Assembly: GCF_036321535.1 (NCBI RefSeq)
Contig: NC_087436.1
Coordinates: 47,618,001 to 47,682,000, forward strand
Origin: Camelus dromedarius
Lineage: Eukaryota
Length of the DNA: 64,000 bases
Direction of reading: 5' to 3'
Part shown: piece by piece, positions 1 to 10,820 of the stretch
How the letters are laid out: each line of letters begins with the position of its first letter
Numbering within the stretch: the first letter of the stretch is position 1
The notes under the pieces: model-generated
Database searches by the model: none
What the model was told of the DNA's origin: nothing
Seen by the model: only the letters and a program-made list of their open reading frames with translations
Position numbers and translations under genes: made by a program

Positions 1-437
1 AGAATAAGGTAGATAGTGAAAAGTAGTGATATTAAAATTTTAATAAAAATTTAAACATCACTTTCATTGTCAAATACAATATTTTTGAAAACTCTAGTGA
101 CTTAATTTTGTTGAAGAGAGAATTGCTATCTTCCTTCTTCCATAATTACAGAACATTTTTATTTTTAGCTTTATAAACACCAATTAGGATGATTATCTCA
201 ATGAATTTTTAAATTTATACTTTATATATTTCCTTCCAATTATCTTTGTATGCAGAGCTTCTCTAGTATTTTTTCATTTATGAATCATAAAATGAATTTT
301 AGTGCATGAACATCCCCAAATGAGAAAACTTGTATCTTTAGAATAACAGTATGGTCTAGGTTCTTGTTGTGAATTATGGCAATTATTGTCTTTCCTGTTA
401 AGTGATTAGCTGGATAAGAATATCATATTTTCTGATT

Positions 438-630
438 GTCAAGCACTGTTCTAAGCATTTTAAATGTATTGTGATTTAATCATTTAATCTTCACAGCAAC
501 TGTATGGAGTAGGCACTATCAGTATCCCATTTTATGAAGGAGTAGACTGAGGTACATAGAAGAGCAGTAACTTGTTCAAGATCCCATAATTAGTGAGTGG
601 CAGAGCCAGATTCATACCCAGGCAATCTTC
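438..630 (-). mobile_element. MIR SINE fragment
   Basis: MIR core in reverse orientation: 'atccccattttatgaaggagtagactgaggtacatagaag...taacttgttcaagatcccataattagtgagtggcagagccagattcatacccagg'. Confidence 0.85.
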
Positions 631-751
631 TCTTAAGCACTACCCTCAGTCTCTATAAAAATAAACAGCCTAAACATACGCCCACAGATCTTGTAACATT
701 CTGGAAACAGCAGTATTCAAAATGTAGGACAAGCCTTTAGAGAGGGCTGTG

Positions 752-920
752 CAGAGCTTCCCAACCATGTGCATCACAAGCGGTTAACAGGTCTCTTAGT
801 ACAGTGATTCTGTCATCTACGGGCAGGCTTCTCTTGGCCCATGAGTGGATACCTCAATTTACCCATGCGTGCTGCGTTATTTTCTGTGTAATATGACATG
901 AAAATGGTCAAGAACTACTA
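752..920 (+). mobile_element. MER112-like hAT-Charlie non-autonomous DNA transposon
   Basis: Ends 'cagagcttcccaacc' and 'ggtcaagaactacta' resemble Charlie terminal inverted repeats (TIRs). Internal 'tttacccatgcgtgctgc...ttttctgtgtaatatgacatgaaaatgg' follows the MER112 consensus as recalled. Confidence 0.65.
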
Positions 921-1204
921 GTTTTTCTGTACTAGTATCAACTACTAGTATATCATCAGGGCCCATTGGACCCAATATTAGTTTTCAAGTTTCTTTTTTT
1001 GGTCACAGTATTTGTAAATATTGATATTTCATGAATTTTATCCTTTCTTATAGACCTTCCACAGAACAAAGAGAAATGCTAACAAAACGAGGGAGGCTGA
1101 ATGTATGAAAGAGAGAAGAGTCAAAGATCAGATTCACTCGTAGGGTAGGAAGTGAGGGCTGAAGGGGGTTCACATGGAGGCATTACTTTGGATTAATGCG
1201 TTGA

Positions 1205-1380
1205 CTTATTCATTCAACAAATATTTATTGATCACCTACTATTTACTGGGCCCTTGTCAGAGTCATGATAACACAGTGAATATTATAGACATGGGTCCCA
1301 ATCCTCATGAAGCTTAGAGTGTAGCAGCAAATATGGAAATGAAACCAGTAATTACAAGCGTGATAAATGTTATGAAAAGA
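1205..1380 (-). mobile_element. L2 LINE 3' end fragment
   Basis: Typical L2 tail 'attcattcaacaaatatttattgatcacctactat...cctcatgaagcttagagt'. Confidence 0.75.
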
Positions 1381-1449
1381 AAAACGTGTTTCTGGAGCTC
1401 CTTCCCTAAATCCGTCTACTCTGCTTTAAGCATCTGTGAACCCTAGGGC

Positions 1450-1880
1450 TTTCTCCTGTGTCCTCTTACCTTTCCATTCAAAACCTCTCTTAGGAATCTC
1501 ATCTAAATCCAAGTCACTCAGCCACTATACATGTTTGCTAAATATGCATCTCTTGCTCTGTTTCTCTCCTGAGATTTAGACTGATATATTCAGCTGCCTG
1601 TTTTGACTTTACCCACTGAGGTCTAGTCAGCATTTCAAACTCAACTTGACTGAAAATGAACTCATTTTTTCCTCAAAAGCTGTTTCTCCAAATATACTCC
1701 CGATGTTAATGAATGGAAGCGTGATCCACCCATTTCCCAAGTAAAAAGCCTAGAAGTTTCTAAAGACACCTCCATCTTCTTCAGCTCCAATCTCTGATGA
1801 CCATAGTTCCATCAATTGATTGTTTCCTTTTTCTCTGTCTTATTTTAGGCCATCATTGGTTTTTACCTGTATCACTGCAT
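1450..1880 (+). mobile_element. L2 LINE internal fragment
   Basis: L2-like 'catttcaaactcaacttgactgaaaatgaactcat', 'aatggaagcgtgatccacccattt', 'ggccatcattggtttttacctgtatcactgca'. Confidence 0.6.
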
Positions 1881-1899
1881 TTACATTTTGTGCTAAATT

Positions 1900-2990
1900 A
1901 CACAGGCAAATGGTAGAGTTCCTGATTTACTTACGTGTTTTTAGTTTTATCACTTTTGATCAGAGACTCAACTTTGCTACTCCTGGTTTTTGAGATTTTC
2001 TAAGGTTTTCTCTGTGGCATAATATATATATATAGATAATTTTTGACAGTGTGCTACTAACATTGAAAAAGTCAACCTTTGGTTTTAGATTATAAAGTAG
2101 GATACCTATCACTTAAATAACAATTATGTTGCCTTAATAATTATGTTATTTAGATCATTCCTATCTATACTTATTTTTTTGTCCACTTGATCCTCTATGG
2201 ACAGAGAAAGGTGAAATAAAATGTTGACTATTAATAATTAGCCTATTGTCCTTGTATTGTTTGTATTTTGTCTTTTTTTGGAGGGAGAGTAATTAGATTT
2301 TATTTATTGATTGATTTTTTTAATGGAGATACTGGGAATTGAACCCAGCACCTTGTGCATACTAAGCACACACTCTACCACTGAGCTATACCCTCCCCCT
2401 TATAATTGTATTTTGCATATGAGTCTCAATGTTTATTCAAAGTTTCCTTGTGATTCAAGTTGTTTCTGTGATTTCTTTCTGTCTTTTTTTTTCTTTCCAG
2501 CCAACAAATATCAGCTTCTGCAAGACTACTTGCCATGTGTAATCCACCTGTTTGACTCTTGTTTCACCAGCAGATCATTCCTGGGAGAGCAGAGTTTTTG
2601 TGTGACTTCTTGTTTCTTTTGGGTCCAAGGGAAATCCTTCTGCCAGTCCATGCACACACCTGACATTGTTGCAAATAAGGTCTTGTTAGTATTCCCCTTA
2701 GGGAGTATCACCTATTTTTGGAGAATATCACTCTATGGGCTTGTTTGAGGTGCAGCTGCAGACATCTGCCTCCCCTGGAGTGTCCCTCACTATGACACCC
2801 ACTGCATCTGGGAGCCTTTGTCTTATACTGTGGTCAAAGTTATACAGTTTTGTTCAAATGGTGTTAGTGTGTCTCTTTATCTTTTTGGTTCAGGAACAAT
2901 TTTTGGAAGGAGAAAAGAGTGGCATCTTTTCTATTTCACTATTTAAACCCCCAAATACTATTGCCATCAAGCTGGCTTCTCAGTCTACAG
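1900..2990 (-). mobile_element. Ancient L1M fragments, interrupted by the SINE at 2271-2399
   Basis: Degenerate antisense L1-like text such as 'ttttttgtccacttgatcctctatggacagagaaaggtg' and 'taattttgacagtgtgctactaacattgaaaaag'. Confidence 0.45.
2271..2399 (-). mobile_element. tRNA-derived SINE, camelid Vic-1-like
   Basis: Minus strand reads GGGGAGGGTATAGCTCAGTGGTAGAG...GGTTCAATTCCCAGTATCTCCATT, then an A-rich segment, CTAATTACTCTCCCTCC and an A tail. Pol III A box at 2378-2388, B box at 2335-2345. TSD core 'ttgtattttg' at 2261-2270 and 2406-2415. Confidence 0.9.
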
Positions 2991-2999
2991 ACTTGTTCT

Positions 3000-3510
3000 T
3001 CTCCAGTTTAACCTGGAAAGTGCTTTCAGAATATGCTTTCTCAGTGAAAGATCTGATCAGGGCATGTGCTTGCTTAAGGCCCTTCAGTGACTCCCTACCA
3101 CCTGCAAGTTACAATTCAAACTCCTTAGCATGACAAAGGATATTCTTTATGATCTGGCTTATCAAAATCTGTAGCCTGATTTCCTCCATCCCTTCCTCCT
3201 TCACAGCACACACATCATACTGAACAGTGTGCAGTTTCCCAATTGCCCCATGCTCTTTTTGCGTCCATGCCTTTGTAGGTTCTAATTGCTTGACTAAGAA
3301 TGGAAGCTTATATTCAGACCCAGCTGAAGCATTGCATTCCTTGGTCTCTTCCTCATTGTACAAGCCTTCACTGTGTGCTCTGATAGTATCCATGTCCAAA
3401 TGCCACTTTACTCCTTTATTTATTGAACTTTTATTATGTACCAGGTTGTAGTAAAGTCTTAGGTGTAGAGTAGTGAACAAAATAGACAAAAGTCCGGCCC
3501 TCATATTTTA
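3000..3510. mobile_element. L2 LINE fragments
   Basis: 'cttaaggcccttcagtgactccctaccacctgc...aaactccttagcatg' (sense L2) and 'ttatttattgaacttttattatgtaccagg...gtgaacaaaatagacaaaagtccggccctcat' (antisense L2 tail). Confidence 0.65.
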
Positions 3511-4062
3511 TAACACTATAATATACTGTGAATGTTGCATTATCATTTTCTGCACTAGTATGTTAAATCCTTGAGTACAGGGGTTGCATTTTTAATCTTT
3601 TTGTCCAAAGTGCATGGATCCTCAACAGCTGTTTACCAAATGAGCAAATAATTATAAGGTTCCTCAAGTAGTTTGTAGTAATCCAGGTGAGAGAATATTG
3701 GTTCCTGATCCAAAGCAAGGGAAAAAATGTGCACATTTTCACATTTCTGAGGTATAAGGATTAAATTTTCTTGATGGAAGGGTTTTAGCATAACTGAGCT
3801 TTCTACATTGGGCTACTAATTGAGGGAACACAGTAGGGTGAACAAGCTGGGAGTTGAGTTTAGTTCTGAACTCTGCAGCACATTCTGAACTTTCAGCTGA
3901 AGCATCATAATAGAGCACATGCTATATTCCAAAAGGGGTGCTAAAACTTCAAAGATATGAAAAGATTCAGAGAGTGAAAACAAAGATTTTTTTACAAGAA
4001 ATCTTGGGGGAAAAGCTGTGATATGTCTCCCCTCTTTGCTGGTGGTTGGGATGGGAGCTACT

Positions 4063-4941
4063 TGTAAACTCAATATACAGAGAGGAACTTCACTGGACCA
4101 CATGGTAAGTTTTCTATATGTGCCCTGGAAATGAGGGACATAGAGACTTGTTGATTGACATGAACTTGAGAAAGTCACTTGAGAAAGCAGCCAGCCAGAC
4201 AGCTGCATTTGGGCAGCTGCTTGCCCCTCTGATGGAGGGTCAAAGCTGTTCCAGGGACCTTAACATGTGGAAACTTTGGTAGGAAAAGGCATCCTTGGGT
4301 GTTTTGGAAAGCAATCCTGACCAAGAGAGCAGGCCCTTGGGCTAATGGGTACCTAGTAAGAGGCTGTAGAGACTGAAGCCCAGGACATGGCAGGGTCAGC
4401 CATAGGAAGGACAGGCATTGCCTATCTTTATGGGAGTTACAGTTTGCAAGACCCTACAGGGGTATCTTGGAAGAACCCAGCAAAGTATATGTGAGAGACA
4501 GAACCAGCTGTAAGCATCTGCCAGGCCCAGCAGTTAAGAAGGCACCTTTTACAGTGACAGATACCATCATGTTTCTTATCCGTCTTATCTCTCCTCTTTC
4601 TCCTGCCAGGATATCCTGGGCAGGGAAAGGACAGAAAAGCCTGGACCTGTTTTCCTAGGGCAAAAAACTAATTTACAGCAGTCCCCAGGGAGGGGGAAGA
4701 GGAAGCGTTTTAAAGTGACATCAAATTTGGAGTTGTGAATTCGACTGGTCTGAGATTCTAAATTTCTGAATCTTGATCATGTGATCCAAAAAATCTTGAG
4801 GAACTGAAGCTTCCATCAGAGGCAGGGTAAAGACTGTCACCACCCACAGAGAAGGTTTAAAGAGTCGAGGGATACCAACATAAAGCTGTCATAGGATAGT
4901 ACCCTCGGAGGTCTCCTTGTCCAATGTACCAACTATATACA
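4063..4941 (+). mobile_element. Ancient LTR, probably mammalian Gypsy-type (MamGypLTR/LTR85/LTR88 class)
   Basis: Bounded by TG...CA, with raised GC. 3' end 'ataaagctgtcataggatagtaccctcggaggtctccttgtccaatgtaccaactatataca' resembles Gypsy LTR termini as recalled. Similar to 24190-24980. Confidence 0.45.
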
Positions 4942-5618
4942 CATTTAGGAGCTGTTAGCTTACAGATCGTAGTTAAAATAATAGAATGAGATTGCCAGCA
5001 ATGAATTGTTGGATAAAGTGACAAGAAGGTTTTGTTTAGAACCCTGAGGGATTAGAAGGATGGAAAGAGGGAGAGAAATGGAGAGAGTAAGAAGGCATTG
5101 CCAAAGAAGTGGGAGAAGGCAAAAAGAGAGTGACATCATGGTAACAGGAAACCTGGAAGATCCAGGTTCTGAGAGGCCTGAAGCTTATTCAATTATTAAT
5201 ACAAATTAGGTGTAAAGTATATATTTATTTATAAAGAGAAAATAAATACAAAAACATCATAAAATTCAGAAAAAAAGAATATGACACTTTTATTAGTAAA
5301 TAACACCTCTAGGTAGTATTTTCCTTATGTGTTTTGACTGTGTATTATTTGATTGCCTCCTCTCTCTAGAAAGACAAGAGAATAATTCAGCCTTTCCTAT
5401 AGGATGGCTGATAAAAGTTCAATTTTTATTATCAATGATTTATTATTAACATACTTACTATTAGAGATATTTATTATTAATTTCAGCTTTATTATTCATT
5501 ATTGGTAACGGCAAATAAATGTTTAGGATTATTATCAAATTTGGGAAAAATTCTATAAAATTTCTTTCACTTGTGAACACTAAGATTTCAAGTCATTTAA
5601 AGTTTTCCCACAGTTACT

Positions 5619-6350
5619 GTGGCAATTTTAATACATGGTCATAAGTTCTTTGACTCATCTTCCACTTAGAGATAGATTTATATATCCCTTCGTTGTGAAT
5701 CAGGGTGGGCTTGTGTCTGTTTTATTCAATAGAGTACAGTGGAAATGAAGCTATGTCACATCTGAGGCTGGATTAAGAAAGATCAGACCTTCCAGCCTGG
5801 TTACAGGAATACTTGATGCTAAATTCCTGTGCCTCAATGTTAGGAGTCTGATTACACAGAGGCCACAGTGTCCTGGGGGAAGCTCAAGGCACGTGGTAAA
5901 ACCATGTGTAGGCTCTTTGATTGACAATCTCAGATGAGTCCAGTCTTCAAATCATCCCATCCTAGATGCTAGACATATGAATAAAGGAGCCTCCAGATAA
6001 TTCTAGCCCCTGCCATTTATATCTTTCCATCTGAGCCCCCAGGCATAGTGGAGCAGAGATAAGCCATCTTTGCTGCACAAGTCCATTTTCCTAATCCACA
6101 TTAAAAAACGATTTTTCACTAGTACATTTTTTTAACTTTAATTTTTAATTGAAGTATAGTCAATTTACAATGTTGTGTCAATTCCTGGTGTACAGCACAG
6201 TAGTTCAGTCATACATATACATACATATTCTTTTCATTATAGGTTACTACAAGACATTGAATATAGTTCCCTGTGCTATACAATATAAACTTGTTGTTTA
6301 CACTAACATGTTTTAAGATGGTATGTTACACATCAATAGATAACATAAAG
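5619..6350 (+). mobile_element. MaLR LTR (MLT1G/H-like), interrupted by an L1 3' fragment
   Basis: Starts 'tgtggcaattttaatacatggtcataagttctttgactc', contains 'aatagagtacagtggaaatgaagctatgtcacatctgaggctgg', ends 'gtatgttacacatcaatagataac'. Confidence 0.8.
6128..6300 (-). mobile_element. Young, 5'-truncated L1 3' end
   Basis: T-rich tail followed by 'aattgaagtatagtcaatttacaatgttgtgtcaattcctggtgtacagc...ataggttactacaagacattgaatatagttccctgtgctatac'. Imperfect TSD cactagtacattt / cactaacatgttt. Confidence 0.85.
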
Positions 6351-7649
6351 AAATACTAATCTTTAAACTACCTGGATTAGCATATTAACCTATTGGTTGT
6401 CAATGTTTTCCTCATTTTAGTGACATATTATTTATGGTTGTTTTCATTGTAATTAATTTTTCCTGTCAAATCAGCAGGAAATTAATAAAAATGAGTACTG
6501 ATGTGATTGAACAAGGCCATTTCAGGCTGGATTAAGAACATGAGCAAAGATGTGGTCTAGAAAAGATAGGGGATGGATTTGGACAGAGTATAGTGAACAC
6601 ACAGGGTGGCAGCGGGTGATATAACTGGAAAATTGTGTTAAAGCCTGGAAAAGAGGGGGGAGTCAGGGTGGATAGAGACAAGAGAGACAGTAGTATTAAT
6701 TGATATCAGATAACTAGCTTTTTCAAGTAGGAAAAAATATGAGCATATGAACGCATTACCAAGGCCCCTCCCAGCATATTGATCGTCTATATGGGAAGCG
6801 CCTTGAAGTTTAGACTTCATTATCTTTGATAAATCTACCTGTGCTAATGGAGATATGTATTTTTAGAACTGGATGGTGTCCAAATTATGAGAGGGGTCAG
6901 GTAACATGAAGGCTGAAAACCAGTCACTGGTTTTCAACAATTGAGAGTTCATTACTGAAATATGAAGGTGTACTCTGTGAAAATTAGTTGGGGTGTAAGC
7001 ATGGAAATCTCACTGGTCTTCATACTGGTGAAGATTCAAAAGTGGAGCGTTCAGCTGGATGAAATCCTGGAGACATCCTTCTAGACCTGGGGTTAAATTT
7101 CTTTTTTCTGGTTCATTTCCCATAAGAAATTCTCCTTAAATGATCCCCCAAATAGCAATAAATTAGTAAAGCTTCTAGACCTAAAATTGTAACCAATATT
7201 TTAATTGTTATGATTATTTAAGTATTCATTTAAATTTTAAATTAAACCTAAATGTATTAAATTTAAATTAAATCTCAGTGGCTGATGCTGCAAGAACACT
7301 CACTGCTGTGGCAACTGCTGAATGTCTCATGGGATGGCCTGCTTTTGTCTGAATAGTAGAAGATGACCCAGGGTCCTAGGGGACCTCCACCAGACTACAC
7401 TTTAAGAAAACTTGATTATGAGGGTGAAGGTAGATAAAGGGCCTCAGATAGATAAGAAAGTAGGGGCAAAGAAAAACAGTTTATTTTAGGATGGAAAAGT
7501 CCTGAACTTGTTTTTGACTAAAGGGGAAGAAAAGGGGTAAACTAGCAGTGGAAGAAACAGGACAGTGAGGAGATAATTGGTGAAGGGAAATGGCAGAAGA
7601 GGATAGAATAAATGACAGGTCAGAAAGCTGCAAATGAAGGTAGCTGTCA

Positions 7650-10380
7650 TTTTTATCCTTAATGGTTTTCTATCTACTTGTTTTATCAAGTGTTGTATCT
7701 TCTAGATGAATCAACTCCTTTATCCTTATGAAATGCTCCTCTTGATCCTTGGTAATATTCCTTGTTGTGAAGTCTATTTTGTCTGATATTTATATAGCAA
7801 CTCTAGTTTTCTTATGAGTACCATTTGTACTTCATGTCCTTTTCCATTCTTTTTATTTTCAGACTGGAAGTATTTTATATTTAAAGTGGGTTTCTTGGAG
7901 ATAGCACTCAGACAAGTCTTGCTTTTTTATCCAGTCTGACAATCTTTTCCTTATAATTGTAGGGTTTATATTATTTACATTTAATGTGATTGTTAATATA
8001 ATTTGGCTTAAATAACCCACCTTGTTATTTGTTTTCTATATATCGCATCTCCATACATTCTTTATTACTTTCCCCCTTTTTCTGATTTTTGATTATTCTA
8101 TATTTTTAGTATTCCATTAATTTAGTTTATTTCCATTATTTTCATATTAAACGTATCTCTAGTTTTTGGCACTTTCTCTAGGGTTTATAATATGTGTCTT
8201 TAGCTTATCACAATTTACCTTCAGAAATACTAAATCAATTTCATATGATGCAGGAAGCTTTTAATTTTATATTGGCATACTTCATTTTGTTTCACGTTGC
8301 TTAATTATACCTTGTAGATAATGTGTTTTCTTACAAACTGAAGGTTTGTGGCAATCCTGCTTCAAGCAAGTCTATAGGCATCATTTTTCCAACAGCATTT
8401 GCTCACTATATGTCTCTGTGTCATATTTTGGTAATTCTCACAATGCTTCAAACTTTTTCATTATTATTACATTTGTCATGGTGATCTGTGACTAGTGATC
8501 TTTGATGTTACTATTGCGAAAATGTTATGACTCACTGAAGGCTCAGGTGATCATTATCACTTTTTAGCAATAAAGCATTTTTAAATTAAGGTACGTCATT
8601 TTATTAGACATAATGCTATTGCACACTTAAATAGACCACAGTATATTGTAAATATAACTTTTATTTTTTTTGTTACACTGGGAAACAAAAAAATTAATGT
8701 AATTTGCTTAATTGCAATGTTTACTTCATTGCAGTGGTCTGGAATTGAACCTGCAATATCTCCGAGGTATGCCTGCATTTTATTTCCCTTCCCATCCTTT
8801 GTGCCACTGTTCTAATCATTTTACTTCTATATATATTATAAAGAACACAATGCATTTTTTTACTTAACAGTCATGTAACTTTTAAAGAAATTTTAAAAAA
8901 TAAGAAAAATGTCTTTTTACACTTAACCACGTATTTATCATTTCTGTCACCCTTCATTCATTTACATAGATTCAAGTTTCCATCTGGTACAATTTTCCTT
9001 CTGCCTGAAGAACTTCCAGTTACTTGCAGTGATCGTTTACTATAAGCAAATTCTCTCAAATTTGTTTGCTGAGTATATCATTCCAGGTTGATTCCACCCC
9101 TTTACCCTAGTCCCACATTTTAAAGATGCCATTCTACTGTCTTCTAGCTTGCATAGTTTACAACTATTCTGTAATTATTTTAATTTTTGATTCTCTATAT
9201 GTAATGTACTTCCCCCCCCTCTTCTGCTTTTAAGATTGTCTCTTTATCACTGGTTTTCAACAATTTGATTATGTGCCTTAGTATAGTTTTCTTTGTATTT
9301 ATCCTGTTTACAAGTCATTGACTTCTAGAAACTGTACATTTGAAGTTTTCATTAAATTGGAAAAAAACTTTTAGCTATTAGTTCTTCAATGCTTTGCTTT
9401 GTGCCTCTCATACTTTTCTGTATAGTTGTGTTTCCAATTACATGTAGGTTAGAATGCTGGATATTGTCCATCATATTGCTCTTTTCCTTTTTTTTTTTTT
9501 AGTCTTTTTTCCTCTCTGGGTTTCATTTGGATAATTTATACTGTTTTGTCTTCAAGTTAATTCATCTTTTGTTGAACTGTGTCTATTTAAATTTTAGATA
9601 CTGTATATTTTTCATATATAGAATTTATATATTCATGTGTTCTATTTGCTTGTTGTATTCATAATTTATTTTAAATCTTTGAGCATATTGAAAGTAGCCA
9701 TTTTAACTCTGTTATTTGCTAATTCTGTCATCTCTGTTATGTCTGTTTCTGTTTCTCTTAATTGACTTTGCTTCATATATCTAGAATTTTTTGACATGTC
9801 TAGAAATTTCTTTTTAGATGCCAGACATTGTGAAGTTCTCATTATCGACTGCTTAATTTTGTTGTGATCTTTAAATGTTGTTGGCCTTTGTTCTGGCAGG
9901 CAGTTAGGATACCTGTGGATTAGGTTGATCCTTTCAAGGACTGTTTTTAAAATCTTTAGGGACAGTACTGAGTAACATTTATTTTAGGACTAGTAAAGTC
10001 CCTCTACTGAGGTATAACCTTCTGGGGGTTTCTACTCAATTCCCATGAATGGAATAAGGTTTCTTCACTCGGAATTGTGGAACTCTTCATGATAACTATC
10101 AGTCCTGTGTGCTCTGAGAATTGTTTAGCTTACAGACTCACATGATATTTTATTCTAGTCATGAAAGCTTAATATTTAGCCAAAGTCTTAGGGAACCCTT
10201 ATGGAGATTTCTAGAACACTGTTTTGATATCTCTTCTGTAGGCTTCCCATATATTGTAGACATTTTAGTTTCTCCTGCATTGTTGTTCATGTTTTGAGAA
10301 TAGTTGTTTCACTATATTGTCTAGCTTTCTAGCTATTTATAATGAAGGTGTAATTCTGGACCTTGTTACTCCCTAATGAC
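7650..10380 (-). mobile_element. Old L1M element: 5' part of ORF2, ORF1 and 5' UTR remnants, interrupted by Tigger1
   Basis: Antisense endonuclease-region text 'gaagtctattttgtctgatatt...atccagtctgacaatct...tttacatttaatgtgatt' and ORF1-region text 'tgcttttaagattgtctctttatcactggttttcaacaatttgattatgtgcc'. Confidence 0.8.
8272..8775 (+). mobile_element. Tigger1 (TcMar) internally deleted derivative
   Basis: Left end 'ttggcatacttcattttg...gaaggtttgtggcaatcctgcttcaagcaagtctataggc' and right TIR 'gcaatatctccgaggtatgcctg'. TA (left) and CA (right) flanks. About 500 bp, no transposase. Confidence 0.9.
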
Positions 10381-10798
10381 TATAAATGGAGAAAGATTCA
10401 GTGGTTTTATCAAATGATTAAAAGTGGCAGCAATCTGTGGAAGTAAATTATGAGATCATTTATGAAAACATATTATAGTTACATGCATTGAATGGCCTGA
10501 TCTTATAAATGTATACCTAGTTATTGAAATAAAATTATTCATAAAGAAATGATATTTTATTATACAGTATAATTATAATATTTTAAATTCTTCATAGTAG
10601 GGCCAGAATCTTTATAATATAATATTTAGTATAACATATGTGTGCAAACTTTTTTCTTCCTAAAAGTGCTGCATTTTCAGCAAGTAATTGAACAAAACAT
10701 TTAATTTTTAGAAATTTGACTTTTCAAGGGAAGCATCAAAATTATAATAATAAAAAAATCAGATTTTATGGCATTTCCTTACATTTAGTATCCTGTGA

Positions 10799-10820
10799 GA
10801 GTGTGTGTGTGTGTGTGTGT
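10799..10820. repeat. (GT)n microsatellite
   Basis: Read directly from the sequence. Confidence 0.95.

Larger units (their letters stand above)
5150..6510 (+). mobile_element. hAT-Tip100 (Zaphod/MER115-like) DNA transposon fragment, interrupted by an MLT1 LTR at ~5619-6350
   Basis: 5' end 'gatccaggttctgagaggcctgaagcttattcaatt...aatacaaattaggtgtaaagtatatatttattta' matches the recalled hAT-Tip100 left end. The AT-rich body resumes after 6350. Confidence 0.5.

Noticed and set aside
912..956. Short repeated actactagt/tactagtat units suggesting an array
   Set aside because: Only 2-3 short irregular copies, consistent with slippage at a MITE end. There is no repeat-spacer periodicity, so it is not CRISPR-like.
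2335..2399. Possible tRNA gene
   Set aside because: A and B boxes are present, but they are followed by a SINE-type tail and flanked by a TSD, with no complete acceptor stem.
2311..3504. ORFs of 131-145 aa near the window start
   Set aside because: They span a SINE and L1/L2 remnants, show no recognisable domain and have biased composition. These are chance ORFs.
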